Assembly: GCA_013265495.1 (NCBI GenBank)
Contig: MU058718.1
Coordinates: 2,689,779-2,753,778 of the forward strand
Reading direction: 5' to 3'
From: Vicugna vicugna
Lineage: Eukaryota
Length of the DNA stretch: 64,000 bases
Within the stretch, counting starts at the first letter, position 1, and each line of letters begins with the position of its first letter. Made by a program: the position numbers and the translations under genes. This document shows positions 13,301 through 26,216 of the stretch, piece after piece. The notes beneath the pieces were generated by a model. It saw only the letters and a program-made list of their open reading frames with translations. It did not search any database and had not been told where the DNA came from.

Positions 13301-14290
13301 GTTATACAATTTGTTAGCATATAATTGTTCACAGTAAGCTCATTATCCTTGTATTTCTGTGATATCACTTGTAATGTCTTTCCTTTCATTTCCAGTTTTA
13401 CTTATTTGAGTCTTTTCTCTTTTTTCTTAATCTAGTTAAAGGTTTGTCAACTTTATCTTAAAAAAAAAACCCAGCTCTTTGTTTCTCCTGATATTTTCTG
13501 TTGTTTTATGGTTTCTATTTTATTTTTCTGCTCTGATCTTTGTTTTTTGCTTCCTTCTGCTAATTTTGTGCTTAAGCTGGTTTTTCTTTTTTCTAGTTTC
13601 CATGAGGTATAAAGTTAGGTTGTTTATTTGAAATCATTCTTTTTTCTTAATGTAGGTGTTTATCATTATAGACTTCCCACTTAGAACTACTTTTGCTACA
13701 TCACATACATTTTGGTATGTTGTTTCCTTTTTTTGTTTATTTCAAGATTTTTTTAATTTCTCTTTTGATTTCTTCTTTGACCCACTGGCTGGTTGTTCAG
13801 AGGTGTGTTGTTTAATTTCTACATGTGAATTTTCCTGTTTTACTCCTGTTACTGATTTCTAGTTTCATACAACTGTGACTGGAAAAGATCCTTGGTGTGA
13901 TTTCAATCTTCTTAATTTTGCCAAGACGTGTTTTATGACCTATCATTTGACTTATCCTGGAGAATGTTCTGTGTACACTTAAGAATAATGTATTCTGCTG
14001 CTATTGGATGGAATGTTTTGTATGTGTCTGTTAGGTCCATTTGCTCTGAAGAATAGTTCAACATTTCTTTATCGATTTTCTGTCTGGATGATCAATCCAT
14101 TGTTGAAAGTGGGGTGGTAATTCCTCTACTATAATTGTATTGGTCTGTTAATATTTGCTTAATATATTTAGGTGCTCTGCTGTTGAGTGTGTATATATTT
14201 ATAACTGTTATATGCTTTTAATATAATGATGCATTTATCATTATATAGTGGCCTTCTTAGTCTCTTGTTACAGGTTTTGGCTTAAATTCT
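10385..14290 (-). mobile_element. 5'-truncated LINE-1 (L1MA-like), ~3.9 kb: degenerate ORF2 plus 3' UTR and poly(A)
   Basis: T-tract and tttatt at the left end. ORF2 remnants include KLDPCLISVTKTNSNWIKGFNVRPKTVKLLEE (11483-11740), [35 protein letters not shown] (RT, 12503-12703) and FIAALFTIVKMWQLPKCPS. Many stops and frameshifts. Confidence 0.93.
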
Positions 14291-15507
14291 CACTCTTTAA
14301 GTGGCATTACTTGCTTATAAAATATTTTTATTGCGTTTCTATTTTTTTCCAGACATTAAGTTTTCTTTTATGGTATACGAAATAGTCCTGAGGTAGGAAT
14401 AGCTATCCTTCTTTTACAGATGAAAAATTTAAGCTCAGCACATTGCATGAGTGGTTCAAAGTTATATAGTATAGCACACAGCAGAAAAAGAGCTTGAAAC
14501 TTAATGTTTTGCCATTAAGCCACAATCATCTACATATAAATTACTCAAATGCAGGGCTAGTTCCAAAGGTTGATTTAAATTCTTTGTGCATTTTATGAAA
14601 TGCTATTATGACGGAATGAAAGGAAACAGGCTGTTCGTTTCTTAACTTCCCTCAATGAAGGCAAAGAACAAGCTTTCAGAATCTCAATTGCTTTTTTTTT
14701 TAACTCTTTTGAGCCATAGTCACTATTACACCAAACAGAAGCTTAGCTGCAAGCAGCAGAGACTGAACAATAATAATATCTAGAATTTACTTGTCAACAA
14801 GAGATCCAGCACTGTCCCTACTCATTAGCAATGCTCACATGCAAATATGTGGCAAGAATTTTCAGAATCTTGGTACAGAAGGAACTACACTGGGCAAAAT
14901 TTAATAGCTTACAGTTGCTTATATCTTACATTTGACATTTGATTCTGAACAATTTCCTTCTGAAAATAGAGAATGTGTTTTATCATGTTTCTTCAACTAG
15001 ACTGCAATCTCCATTGGGTGATGGTTCAACACAATGTCAGAATCCTAGCAGTAATTAGAATAATTGCTAATATTTATCTGTTCTTGCTATATGTCAGAAC
15101 TGTGCTAAGCACTTTACATGCAGTATTTTATTTAATCTTTATAATAATATTATGGGTCAAAAGCTATTATTATTCTCATTTTTAACATGTGAATTGAGGC
15201 TTCCTTAGGTGTTTGCCCTGGTTGTCACAGCTTGTGAGTATCCGAGTCATGAGTCTCAGTGTTCTTGATTTAATTTTTATGAATGCTCTTTTTAACCCAT
15301 CATCCTTGTCCTTACCTTACAATGGGTCATAGCAATAGTCTGACTGGTGAATCTTCTTGTTTCTGACTATCCCTGCTAATATTTTTGCATACAGCTTCTT
15401 TCCCATCTCACATCCCTAAGTTCTTCTGTGAAGATTTCCCCAATAACTCTAGGCAATCTCTCCCTTTTCTATCCTGTAGGTTCTTCTTCCAAAAATATCT
15501 CAAATTT

Positions 15508-16621
15508 TGAAGGAGATCAAGATGGCAGAGTAGGAGGAAGTGGAACTCACCTCCTCTCATAAACACATCAAAAATACATCTACATGTGGAACAATTCTCA
15601 CTGAAAGCTAACTGGAAACTGGCAGAAAGAGTGCTTTACAACCAAGGCTGAAAAGAAAGATCCACGTGGAATTGGTTAGGAAGGGAAGAGAGCAATCAAA
15701 TCAGGACCTGTGCCCCAGGGAGGGGACTCAGAAGAAAGAGGAGAGTGCAGGGGCAGAGATCCTCCTTGGGGAGTGAGTGGTTCGAGCTAGACACTGGGGA
15801 CCCCAGTCCTGGAGATTGACACAGGGAAGACAAGCCTCCTTGGCTGGTTGGAGGTTGATGAGACTTAACATGAGGGCTGTGGGGAGTCTGAACTCCATCC
15901 ACTTGGAAGAAACACATGCACATGCTTGTCTGCTCCTGAAGCAGAGTGGAGAGGTCAGACTGAAACTGGTTCATCTGTCAGTTGATTGTAGATGTGGTGG
16001 GTAGCTGACTGGTTTCCCGTGACCACCCCAGTGCACCCCAGCCTGAGCTGAGTGAATGCTCCAGCCCTGCTTACTTCACATTGCAGCTCAACACTGGAGT
16101 TAGGGTTGCTATGACAGAAAGAACTTGGCTGTGAGACACAGAGGTGGCTCAGACCTGAAGCAGTGTCTGAGCAGGGCAGGGCAGCCACCCTCACACAGTC
16201 AGCACATCAGAAACAGCCCTAAACTCTGAAGCTGGACAACAGCAACCTGCACCCTGTCTGATACTGAGAGCCCTAATGGGCTCCTCTTGCTCCAGTACTG
16301 CTCCCAAGGGTGCCAGTGCTGGGAGGAGGGAGAGCTCACACTTAAAGGGAACAAAGCCAGCTTGGACCCAACCTTCAGTGCTTCTGCTCCAGTAACTTGG
16401 GACTTGCCCCCTCCCCCATTAGGTCAATAACAGTGCTCAGAAGAAGGGAAGCCCTGGCTCACACCTGGCCCCACTCCTAGTCCCTCCACCTTCAACCCTA
16501 CCTCCTACCAAGGTGATAGCTGCCAGCATACCCTGAGGAAAGACATGACTTATGTTCACATCAAATACAGTTCTCCCACCTAAGCTACTGGGCACACACA
16601 GACCGTACAGGGATGCGCCCA
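15508..16621 (+). mobile_element. L1 5'-UTR-only insertion with 17-18 bp TSD
   Basis: Begins ggagatcaagatggcagagtaggagg...aaatacatctacatgtggaacaattctc, typical of a cetartiodactyl L1 5' end. caaaaatatctcaaattt occurs at both 15490-15507 and 16622-16639. Confidence 0.75.
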
Positions 16622-16740
16622 CAAAAATATCTCAAATTTGTCTCCTTACTGTCATCTCTATTGTGACTACCCTAGTTCAATCCTCCATATTCTTTTCCAT
16701 GATTACTGATAACCTCTTAAATAAAACTTTTCAAGAGATC

Positions 16741-17103
16741 TTTTATAGATTGAACATTTGTATCCCTCTTCTGTTCCAAATTCACATGTTGAAGTCTAAT
16801 CCCCAATGTGATGGTGTTCGAAGGCGGGGCCTTTGGGGTGATTAGGTCATGAGGGTAGACCCCTCATGAATGGGATTAGTGGTCTTATAAAAGAGACCCC
16901 AAAGAGCTCCTTTGCCCCTTTAACCAAGTGAGGGCACAGAGAGAAGGTGGCTTTCTACGAACCAGGCCCTCACCAGACACCACATCTACTGGCACCTTGA
17001 TCTTGGCCTTGTAGCCTCCAGAACTGTCAGAAATACATTTCTGTTGTTCATAAGCCATCTAGTGTAGGGCATTCTGTTATAGCAGCTCAAATGGACTAAG
17101 ACG
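16741..17103 (+). mobile_element. MLT1A-type MaLR solo LTR
   Basis: aattcacatgttgaagtctaatccccaatgtgatggtg...gccctcaccagacac...gcagctcaaatggactaagac. Confidence 0.8.
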
Positions 17104-18224
17104 GGATCCATGAATAGAATTATGGGTGTGGTCTGTGATGTTCAATGACAAAAAAAAATTACATTTTTTTTCACTAATCTCAGATGAAAATCTAACATTT
17201 CTTTCCATAATAGATGTAGACAACACAATATAGTAGCATTAACTGCTTCTGTGACTTAGTCACCAACAAAAATCAGATATTTTCCATCACATTACTGTTA
17301 TTGCAGATATCTTAACATTTTATTTATGTTCTTTCACTTTATAAGTATAGGCTCACTATTATATCTTATATAATTAGCTAATAAAGAAGTATGTCTATTT
17401 AACTATATCACAAATGTTTAACTAAAAATATTCTGATAAGCTATATTTTAATAAAATTAGTTTCCTTTGTAATTTAAAAACATTATTTCCAGAAGGAGAA
17501 CATATGCTTCAGCAGACTGTCAAACAGGTTTAGGGGCACAAAATTTTTTAAGAATCTCAGTTCTAAATAATTTCCCTACTTTTACCACCGTGCCAGGAGT
17601 AGTATTCTCCATATTGCAGCTAGAAACGTTATTTTTAAAATATGTGTTGGCTCATATCACTCCCCTATTTAAAACTTTCAATAGCTTCCCTGCTTTGCAG
17701 AAAGCCAAATATCATAAAAACAGCCTGTAAGTCCTGACTGCTTTGGGCCTGCCATCTCTCTAGGTGTACGTCGTGGTGTTCTTCCCTCCCACGGAAGGTC
17801 TCCTCCAATTTTGTGAGAGCTCCAAGTTCTTTTCTGCCTCAGAGCTTTACACACTCAATTCTCTGGAACATTCTTCTCCTCATCGCCTCACCAGGCTGGC
17901 TCCTTCTCTTCCTTCAGGAGCCAGCTGAAGTATCACCTCTTGGCAGAGTCTTCCCTGACCACCTCATCCAAAAATGACTTTCTTCATTATTCATTCTCAA
18001 TGTACTCCATTATTTTCTTTCACAGAAAAAAAAACTCATCACAGTTTATAATTACAACCCTTGCTTGTTTATTTGCTGTTTGATATTTCCCTTTAGGCAT
18101 TCTGCTCTATGAGGGCAGGAATCATATCTGCTTTATTTACCACTGTCATCATGAGTGCCGGCACATAGGAGACACTCAAATAATTGCTGAAGAAGTTCTC
18201 AAACATAATTTTATTCAACTACTC

Positions 18225-20770
18225 CATTCAACTAATATTTACTGAGTACCTAGTATGCCAGGCAAACAGACACACACACACACACACAGAAACAAAAAAA
18301 AGGTTAACTAATATGGCAGACACAGTTCTGGAGGCTTGGAATAATCAGGGAAGAAAATAAACAAAGATTCCTGTCCTTGTGGAAATGATGCCATATTCTA
18401 GACCTCTAATTCTGACTATGATGGAGGAACAGAGACCAATTAAACCCTTCTGCTTTAACTCAAAAACTGGAAAAAATATATGAACAAATGTTTTTTAAAT
18501 GGTGGGCAACAGGCAGCACAGGACAGGAATCCCTGAGAGAAGGGAGATGAGACAAGTCTCAAGAATGCCCCAGCTTTCTGCTTGAAAAGGGTTCTAGGCC
18601 TCAGCACAGGGAGGAGCTACCCAAAAAGACTCCAGGAACCTCCTTAAGCTGAGGAGAGAGTCATAGAGAAGAAAGAACTACACACACACACACACACACA
18701 TACACACACACAGAGCTCTGGAGGCCTTCAGAGGATTCCTTTTGAATACTAATCAGCACATGTGGGAAAAAACTGCTTGAGGTTGTGCAAAGAATTTCAG
18801 AAAGGATCAAGTGAAACAACCCCTGGTGATCACACAGGACTGGAAGTTTGTGTCTCTATTGGCCAGAGTAGAAAGACCTCACAACACATGGATGATTAAG
18901 TAGAGCCCTAAAAGTGTATCTAGTAATGGTGCTAAATAGGCCTTGGTTAGAGGCTGTTGTGGACCCACCTATCAAAGCTTAAAAAATAAGCCTTGAATAT
19001 GTCAAAATGTTTCCAAGTAACTTAATTGTACCACACTACAAAACCCCCAAATTTTTAAAGAATACAAAAAATGTCAGTATGCCACAAAATAAAATTCACA
19101 TCTGGAATCCAGTAAAAATCCAGACATACAAATAAATAGAGGAAGAATCTCTCCCACAATGAGGAGAAAAATTAATTCAAAGAAGAAGACCCAGAATTGA
19201 CACAGTTGATGAAATTAATAGATGAGGATGCTATTAAAATAGTGATTGTAAATATTGCCTATATAATTAAGAAAAAGAAAGAAAAACATGATTAAGAGAC
19301 ATGAAAGATATTTTTTAAAAAAACCCAAATTAAATTTCTAGAGATAAAAAACAAACTGGACGGAATTAGCACCAGATCTGACACTGCAGAAGAAAGATTA
19401 GTGAACTTAAAAACAATAATAGGAACTCTCCAAAGTGATACACAGGGAGAAAACAGCCTGAAAAACAAACAAACAAAGAAAGAACACTGAGCTAGAAGAA
19501 AAGTTTAAGTGGTCTAATATACACACAATTGGAGTCTCTGAAGGAGAGGAGAAAGATGGTGTGTGGAGGAGAGGAAAGAAAAAATATCTGAACATATAAT
19601 AGATGAAAATTTCCAAATCTTATGAAAATTACAAATTCACAGTTTCAAGTTACTCAACAAACCCCAAAAGAAAAAATATGAATCAAACTACACTAATGCT
19701 CACCTTAATCAAATTGCTTATACAGTATTTGTGTAGATGGATGGAGAGAACAGAAAATAAAACATAATAAGTAGTTACAGAGAATGTTAGATGGTATTAA
19801 GTTTTATAAGAAAATGGAAAGTAGAGCAGAGTTAAAGGGATCAAGAGTGTGTGTATGCGTGTTGAGGGGGCATGAAAGACAGATTGCAATAGTAAGGCTT
19901 TATTGAGAAGGTGATCAATCTTTGGGTAAAAGCTTATGCAATCAAGGTTATGGTAAGAGAAATGAGGAGCCACTGACATATTTTAAAGAAGCACTATGGA
20001 TGCTGTGTTGAGATGAGGACTCCGTGGGAGTTGAGGGTAGAAGCAGAGACTACTAGAGACTATTGCCATGATCCAGGTGAGGGGTAACAGTGGTTTAGAG
20101 CAGAGAAATAGCAGCAGAGGTGGTGCCAAGTGGTATAATTCTGAATAAGCAGCATTTGAATGTAGAACCATGAGGATTTTCTGATGAGTTAGAGATACAG
20201 TGTGAATGAAAAATAAGAATTAAGGCTAACTCTAAGTTTTTGGACTGATCAAATGGAAGGATGGAGTTGCCATCACTTCAACAACAGGGAGAGAAGTTTT
20301 TCGGGGAAGATCAGGAGTTCAATTTTAGAAAGGTTGAAACTGAAACATCTCTCAATGAGATATACAATGCTGGAGTTCAGGAGTGAGATCTGGACTACAG
20401 CCATAAATTTGGGACTTGAGGCCATAGAGATGGTACACAAAGCCTTGGGAATGAGCAAGATCACCAAGGGAGTACATTTAGGTAGAAAAGAAAGGATCAA
20501 GGATTGAACCCTGGAACACCTCAATGTAAGAAGTTGAGGAGCGTAAGAGGAATCCGCAAAGGATATCTGGATGGAGCAGCCTCTGACAGTGGGGGTTACT
20601 GAGAGTAAATAAAGAAAGTGCTTCAGGACATAAGGAATCATCAAGCACGTCAAGTGCTGTCAATAGGTCAGGCAAGATGAAAACTGAGAATTATTAGATT
20701 TAGCAATCTGGAGTCACTGGTGACCTTGATGGGAGAAGCTTCTGTGGAATGGTGGGAGTGAAATGGGTAT
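18225..20770 (-). mobile_element. L2 LINE, interrupted by an old L1 5'/ORF1 fragment (~18400-19720, + strand)
   Basis: Reverse L2 tail (cattcaactaatatttactgagtacctagtatgccaggc), L2 body (ggagtcactggtgaccttga) and an A-rich ORF1-like insert. Confidence 0.6.
18679..18712 (+). repeat. Interrupted (CA)n microsatellite
   Basis: Seen directly. Another (CA)n lies at ~18271-18288. Confidence 0.9.
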
Positions 20771-20799
20771 AAGAACAAATGAGGCCCCCTCCACCTCCT

Positions 20800-21186
20800 T
20801 CTTTATGAATAATTCAAGCTTAAAAGCTATGGGGGGACCAAGCACGGTAGTGTCCACACTAGGTCAGGGGCCCACAGGGGGGTGTCAGAGCTGGAACAAG
20901 GTGAGGAGAGCATCTGTGCAGAAGGCAGCCTGGTGAGGGAGCTGGAGTGGGATGTGAAGGCATCCATGTCAGGCAGAGAGGTTATGGAGGGGAGCTTGGT
21001 TCCATATATGGGAAGTGACCAAATAAGGATAAGGGGAGCCAGGTTTCTCATTGACAGTGAGGGGAGTTACAAATACGGAAAGCAGAAAGCTGGAATGAAC
21101 CCTGTGGTGCAGGGTAGGACCTGGTGGTGTTGATATGAACTTGTGGTTACATAAGCATAGATACATAGATACAGAAATATAAATGT

Positions 21187-21227
<41 letters not shown>

Positions 21228-22500
21228 CTGTAACTCTGTCCACTGAGAGGACCCAGGAGCAGAAACTCTTGAGCAGTGAGCACACTTAGCACCCAGAGCT
21301 TGATTCTTAAATACCATTCTCAAAGGAACTAGTGCTCTGTGGAGAAAAGGATGATTCCAGGACTGGGGTAGGGATAATAAGAGGAACTTAGAACATCTTT
21401 TTGTGCTGAAAACTAAGAGAGTACTCAAGAAAGGAAGAGGGCATGTCAAAAGAACATAGTAGCCAATGATTTAGTCTGTGCTAATTTAAACATAAAAAAT
21501 TGATGATGATAGTATCAGATTATAAACCATTCAATAAAAGGGGAAACCACAAGGCCATATCAATATAATTAAATTTTTAAAAATAGAATGTTGAGGAAAG
21601 GGGTAGTTATACAGTCTGAAATTCCTTCCCCCAAACTCCAAATACTTATTAACTACAAATGGACAAAGAATAACTGTACATGGAGAAACCTGGAAGACAC
21701 CACCTTAATCAAGTAATTAAAATTAATATCACCAGTTAGCGACAATTTGAAATCAAGCACCACAGATAGAATGCAGTGAGATGAACACACCACCAGTCCT
21801 ATGATATTAATGTCAAAGTTTTGTTACTTTAATTAAATCATAAAGAAATATCAGCAGATACACATCACTATATATAACATAGGTAAATAACAAGGACCTA
21901 CTATATAGCACAGGGAACTGTATTTAACGTTTTGTAAAAACCTATCATGGAAAAGAATCTGAGAAACCATATGTGTATATATATACATATATATATATGT
22001 ATATATAACTGAATCACTTTGCTGTATACCTGAAACTAACACAACTTTGTAAATCAACTGTCTTACAATTAAAAGAAAGAGAAATATCAGGCAAACCCAA
22101 ATTGAGAGACGTTCTATAAAATAATGACCTATGATCTTCAAAAACATCAAGGTCATAAGAGTCAAGGAAGTCTTAAGGAACTCTGCCTGACAGGACAGCT
22201 AAATGCAACCCATGATTCTGAACTGGGTTCTTTTGCTAAAAAGGGACATTACTGGGATAATCTGCAGTACTTAAATGGAGTCTGAAGAGTAGACTGTAGT
22301 GATGTATCAATGTTAACTATACATGGTGATTATATTATGATTAAGTAGAAGAATGTTTTTACTTGTAAGAAATATTAAAGTATTCAGAGGTGAAAGAGCA
22401 TCTGTTGGCAACTTTTCTCAAATTGTTCGGGGGAAAGCAAAATTCTTTGCATTGTACTTGAAATTCTTCTGTACCCTTGAGATTACTTCCAGAGTAAAAA
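20800..22500 (+). mobile_element. Old L1 (L1MC/MD-like) 3' region containing (TG)n at ~21192-21225
   Basis: ggggagccaggtttctc, tggagaaacctggaagacaccaccttaatcaagt, gggacattactgggataa. Confidence 0.65.
21855..22079 (+). mobile_element. Short cetartiodactyl-type L1 3' end with TSD
   Basis: aacaaggacctactatatagcacagggaact...ataactgaatcactttgctgtatacctgaaac. TSD agaaatatcag at 21844-21854 and 22080-22090. Confidence 0.8.
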
Positions 22501-24169
22501 TAATTTTTCTAAAGAAAGGGAAAAGAGAAATTATTAAGAGTGAATACAAACAATTTTTTTTCAAGAAGTTAAGCTGCAAAGCAGAGCAAATAAATAAGGC
22601 AGTTGCTAGGGGAGGAAGTGGGGGGGTTTCAAGAGAAGAAATTTAAGTTTTATTTAAGATGGAGAGATAACACTATGTTCAAACACCAATGGAAATGATG
22701 AATTGAAGAATCAAAACTGGTGACTGAGAATGGGCAGTGAACTGCTGGAGCACATCCTTGATTAGGGAGACACTACCTAACCTGTTGTGCAATGAAGGAA
22801 TTTACTTTGGATAAGAGCAAGGATCTCCCTACATTGACAACTGCTGAAACCCCGCTATCCAGCAACCTCATCCAACTAGGCTGGGGCTGAGAACCAGGGA
22901 GTGAGGGGAGAGGGAGTCTAGACAGTCCCAATAAAAGCCACCAGACTTGATTTTAGGCTCTGAAAATATAGGAACCTACTCTAGACAGATGCCCTGACAG
23001 CTCTGAGAAGTAGCAGTTATCAGTAAGGATGAAAACCAGACGCCAAAATTTAAACAGTATGTAAGGCTATAGCTCCATCTTTATTGCATAATGAAATTGA
23101 GACACATCTTAAAATTAATGTTGCAAAATACTTGCAAGCCATGAGGCCAAGAAGCACTGACAGGTCATCATTGCCTACACACGTGGGAAGCTGCCTGTGC
23201 GTTAAAAGTATCACTCATTCAATTACTCCTTCAGTTGAGTTGCCTGCATGAATGAAGCCATCCAGGGTTGACAATTTTAATTCGTTGCTTAAAAGGACTT
23301 CAAAGATCATACTGGGATGGAGGCTTAAAATGAGAAGTTATTGTGAACATTGACGGTGGCCTGTCACAAGCCTGGCAAGAAAGTTGAACACACACACAAA
23401 AAAACAAAAAAACAAAACAAAAAAACTGCTACACTTCTGAGAAGAGATCATAAAATGTTCAAACTAGGAGAGACTGACCTGGTATTTGTCTAGAAAGGTC
23501 TTCTTACTCAGGTCAAAAGATGCTGGCTACTTTAAAGGCTTTATTTGTCTTTGAATCACTAATGTGGTTCATTGTCTTTGAATCACTAATGCAATTCAAG
23601 TAAGGGAAAATGAAAACATCTAGTTCGAGCATCAGTAAGTGCAGAAGAAACCTCAGGCTTCTTCAACATGCCTTGGAATTATACGGAAAATACAAGAGGT
23701 GCTACGGGGAGTAAGATCACGAAGGTCAGAAATGGAAAGCACCACGTGGCCATGATGCCCTGGTGTTACCACGGTTCCTGCATCTCTGCTGGTGGCCAAA
23801 GGCGAGTCTAGAGTGTCTCTCCACTGTGATGGTGAAGAATACTCAGGACCAAACTCTATTGTGATATTAGAGAAAGTGAATATTCTAAATAGTCTCCCCC
23901 CTCCCATTCCTCCAAGGAGATATTTAACTGAGAGTACATATAAGTAGGGTTAAAAAAAAAATGGGAATAGAAGAATTAATTTTCAAAACAATCATCAAGA
24001 AAAATCCATGATTATTTAATTTAGTTTATTTAATAAAAAAAAGAAAGACATTCAAAATTATCATCCAAAACAGTTACCCTTTTAAGAAGGGAGAGCTTCA
24101 TCTGGCCTGAAAAACTAGGCTATTCAGAAAAATTCATTTCCTAGGAATTTCAAATTATCAAGGTTTTTT

Positions 24170-24780
24170 TCTTTTAATGAATGTTATATAAGTGGAATCA
24201 TAAAGTATGTAATCTTTTGCGAGTGTGTGTATGTATGTATATGTTTTTCCATGTAGCATAATTCTCTTGAGATCCATTCATGCTGGATATCAATAGCTCA
24301 TTTCTACTTAGTGCTGAATGGTGATCTATTGTATGGATATACCACAGTTTGTTTAACCACTTATCCACTGAAAGACACTGGAGTTGTTTCCAGTTTGGGG
24401 CAATTTTGAACACTGTTGCTATCAACATCCACAGACAGGATTTTGTGTGGGCATAAGTCTTCACTTCTTTGGTATAAATGCTCAGGAGTGTGACTGATTG
24501 ATCTTTTGGTAATTGTGTGTACAGTTCTTAAAGAAAATATAAAACTGTTTTCCAAAGTGGCTATGTTATTTTACATTCTCACCAAAATTATATGTGTTAC
24601 CAGGTTTCTCTAAATTGTTGCCAGCATTTGGTGTGTCACTCTGCTGTTGTTTTTTGGTTTTGTTTTTTTGATCATGCATTCAGTTCATTGAATTATAGTC
24701 AGTTTACAAGGTTGTGTCAATTTCTGGTGTATAGCATAATGTTTCAGTGATACATATACATACATACATTTCTTTTCATT
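24170..24780 (-). mobile_element. Old L1 ORF2-end/3' UTR fragment plus a younger L1 3' tail (~24650-24780)
   Basis: ORF 24198-24464 contains APNWKQLQCLSVDKWLNKLWYIHT (L1 ORF2 C-terminus). Confidence 0.75.
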
Positions 24781-25842
24781 CGAAATGTCAAGGTTTAATT
24801 GTACTACTTCTCTAGTTCCTAGGTATAATGCACAAGGCTTGGTGCTTAACAAGTATCTGCTGAATTTAAAAAATTATATAACCCTAAAAAATGAAGTTTT
24901 CTGCTCAATTATTAATGAAATGCCTGAGTTCAATTTAAATTTTTTGTCTTATTTTCAGCAAAACAAGTGAATTAGGACTGGCCACCTATGAACATAGCCC
25001 TTTCCTCTATAAGTCCCTGACACACTATACCAATTTTACTAACCCTGAAAAATACTCTCAATTGCCCTATAAGGAAAATTTAATCTCATGATAAATAGAA
25101 TGTAAGCATTTTAGGGAAGAGATGTTAAAACTTTCAGTTTAAATGCTGGAAAAATATTTGAAAACACCCAAACCTGGGATATCTGTCCCTCTCTAGAATG
25201 AAGCATGGTATCCAACTAGCCTATTTCTCAGTGCAGATTTCCCTGAAGTTCAATTCAGTTATGAGTCAATTGTTAGAAAGATGATTTAGTTCTTAGAAAT
25301 GGTTACGTCTGGTTCAATAATTACATATATTTGTCAGTTAGAAAATCAGTCTTTTTTTGCTGAACTGTTTTCAAAGGAAGGTATACTATAAATGTTGGCT
25401 ACTTATAATCTTACGCATGACATTAAACAATTTACATATCCTTAAAATGATCAATTCTGCCCTTCTTTTTGGCATTTCACTATATTTTCTCCTACTACTA
25501 CGGTTTTATTTGGCCAATGACATTCATGCTTGGGAAATTCCAAACCATACATGCAACCGGAAATGTCACGCAGAATATAGTTCCTTGACATTCTTCGTAC
25601 ATGAACTTAAAGCTATACACTAAAAAAAGTGTTTCCTGACTGCCTGTGTATGTCATCACCAAGAAGTAGATGATGAGGTCTTTGAAGTAGAGGACTATGT
25701 AGTCTAGTTTGAAAAATGTATCTGATGAAGGTAAAATTAATTACTAGTAAATTGACTAGTAAATATGATCAGATGGAAAAAGAGACTCATGAATAAGTGA
25801 GGATTTCAGCTGATCCAAAATAGAGGGGTAAGATTTGGATAA

Positions 25843-26216
25843 TGTCCTAGTCCACTTGGGCTGCGGTAAAAACAAAACAAAACAAAACAAAAAAACAAAA
25901 AACCCAAATGGGTGGATTGTAAACAACAGAAATTGATTCCTCATAGTTCTGGAGGCAGGGAAGTCTAATATCAAGGTGCTGGCAGATTCAGTGCCCACTG
26001 AGGGTCTTGTTTCCTGGCTCATAGATGCCCTTCTTGCCATAACCTCACCTGGTGGGAGGGGTGTGGGAGCTCTCGAAGGTGTCTTTATAAGGTCACTAAG
26101 CCCATTCCTGAGGGCTCTGCCTTCATGATGTAATCACTCCCCAAAGGCACCACCTCCAAATACTATTCCATTGGGTGTTAGGATTTGGGGAGGGATATCA
26201 GCATTTAGTCCATCAT
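25843..26216 (-). mobile_element. MLT1A/B-type MaLR solo LTR
   Basis: tgtcctagtccacttgggctgc...aaacaacagaaattgattcctcatagttctggaggc...catttagtccat. Confidence 0.75.

Larger units (their letters stand above)
15470..18192 (+). mobile_element. L2 LINE 3' region, interrupted by the L1 5' UTR, an MLT1A LTR and a Charlie-like element
   Basis: L2-like segments at ~15470-15507, 16640-16720 and 17560-18190, ending gccggcacataggagacactcaaataattgctgaa. Confidence 0.6.
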
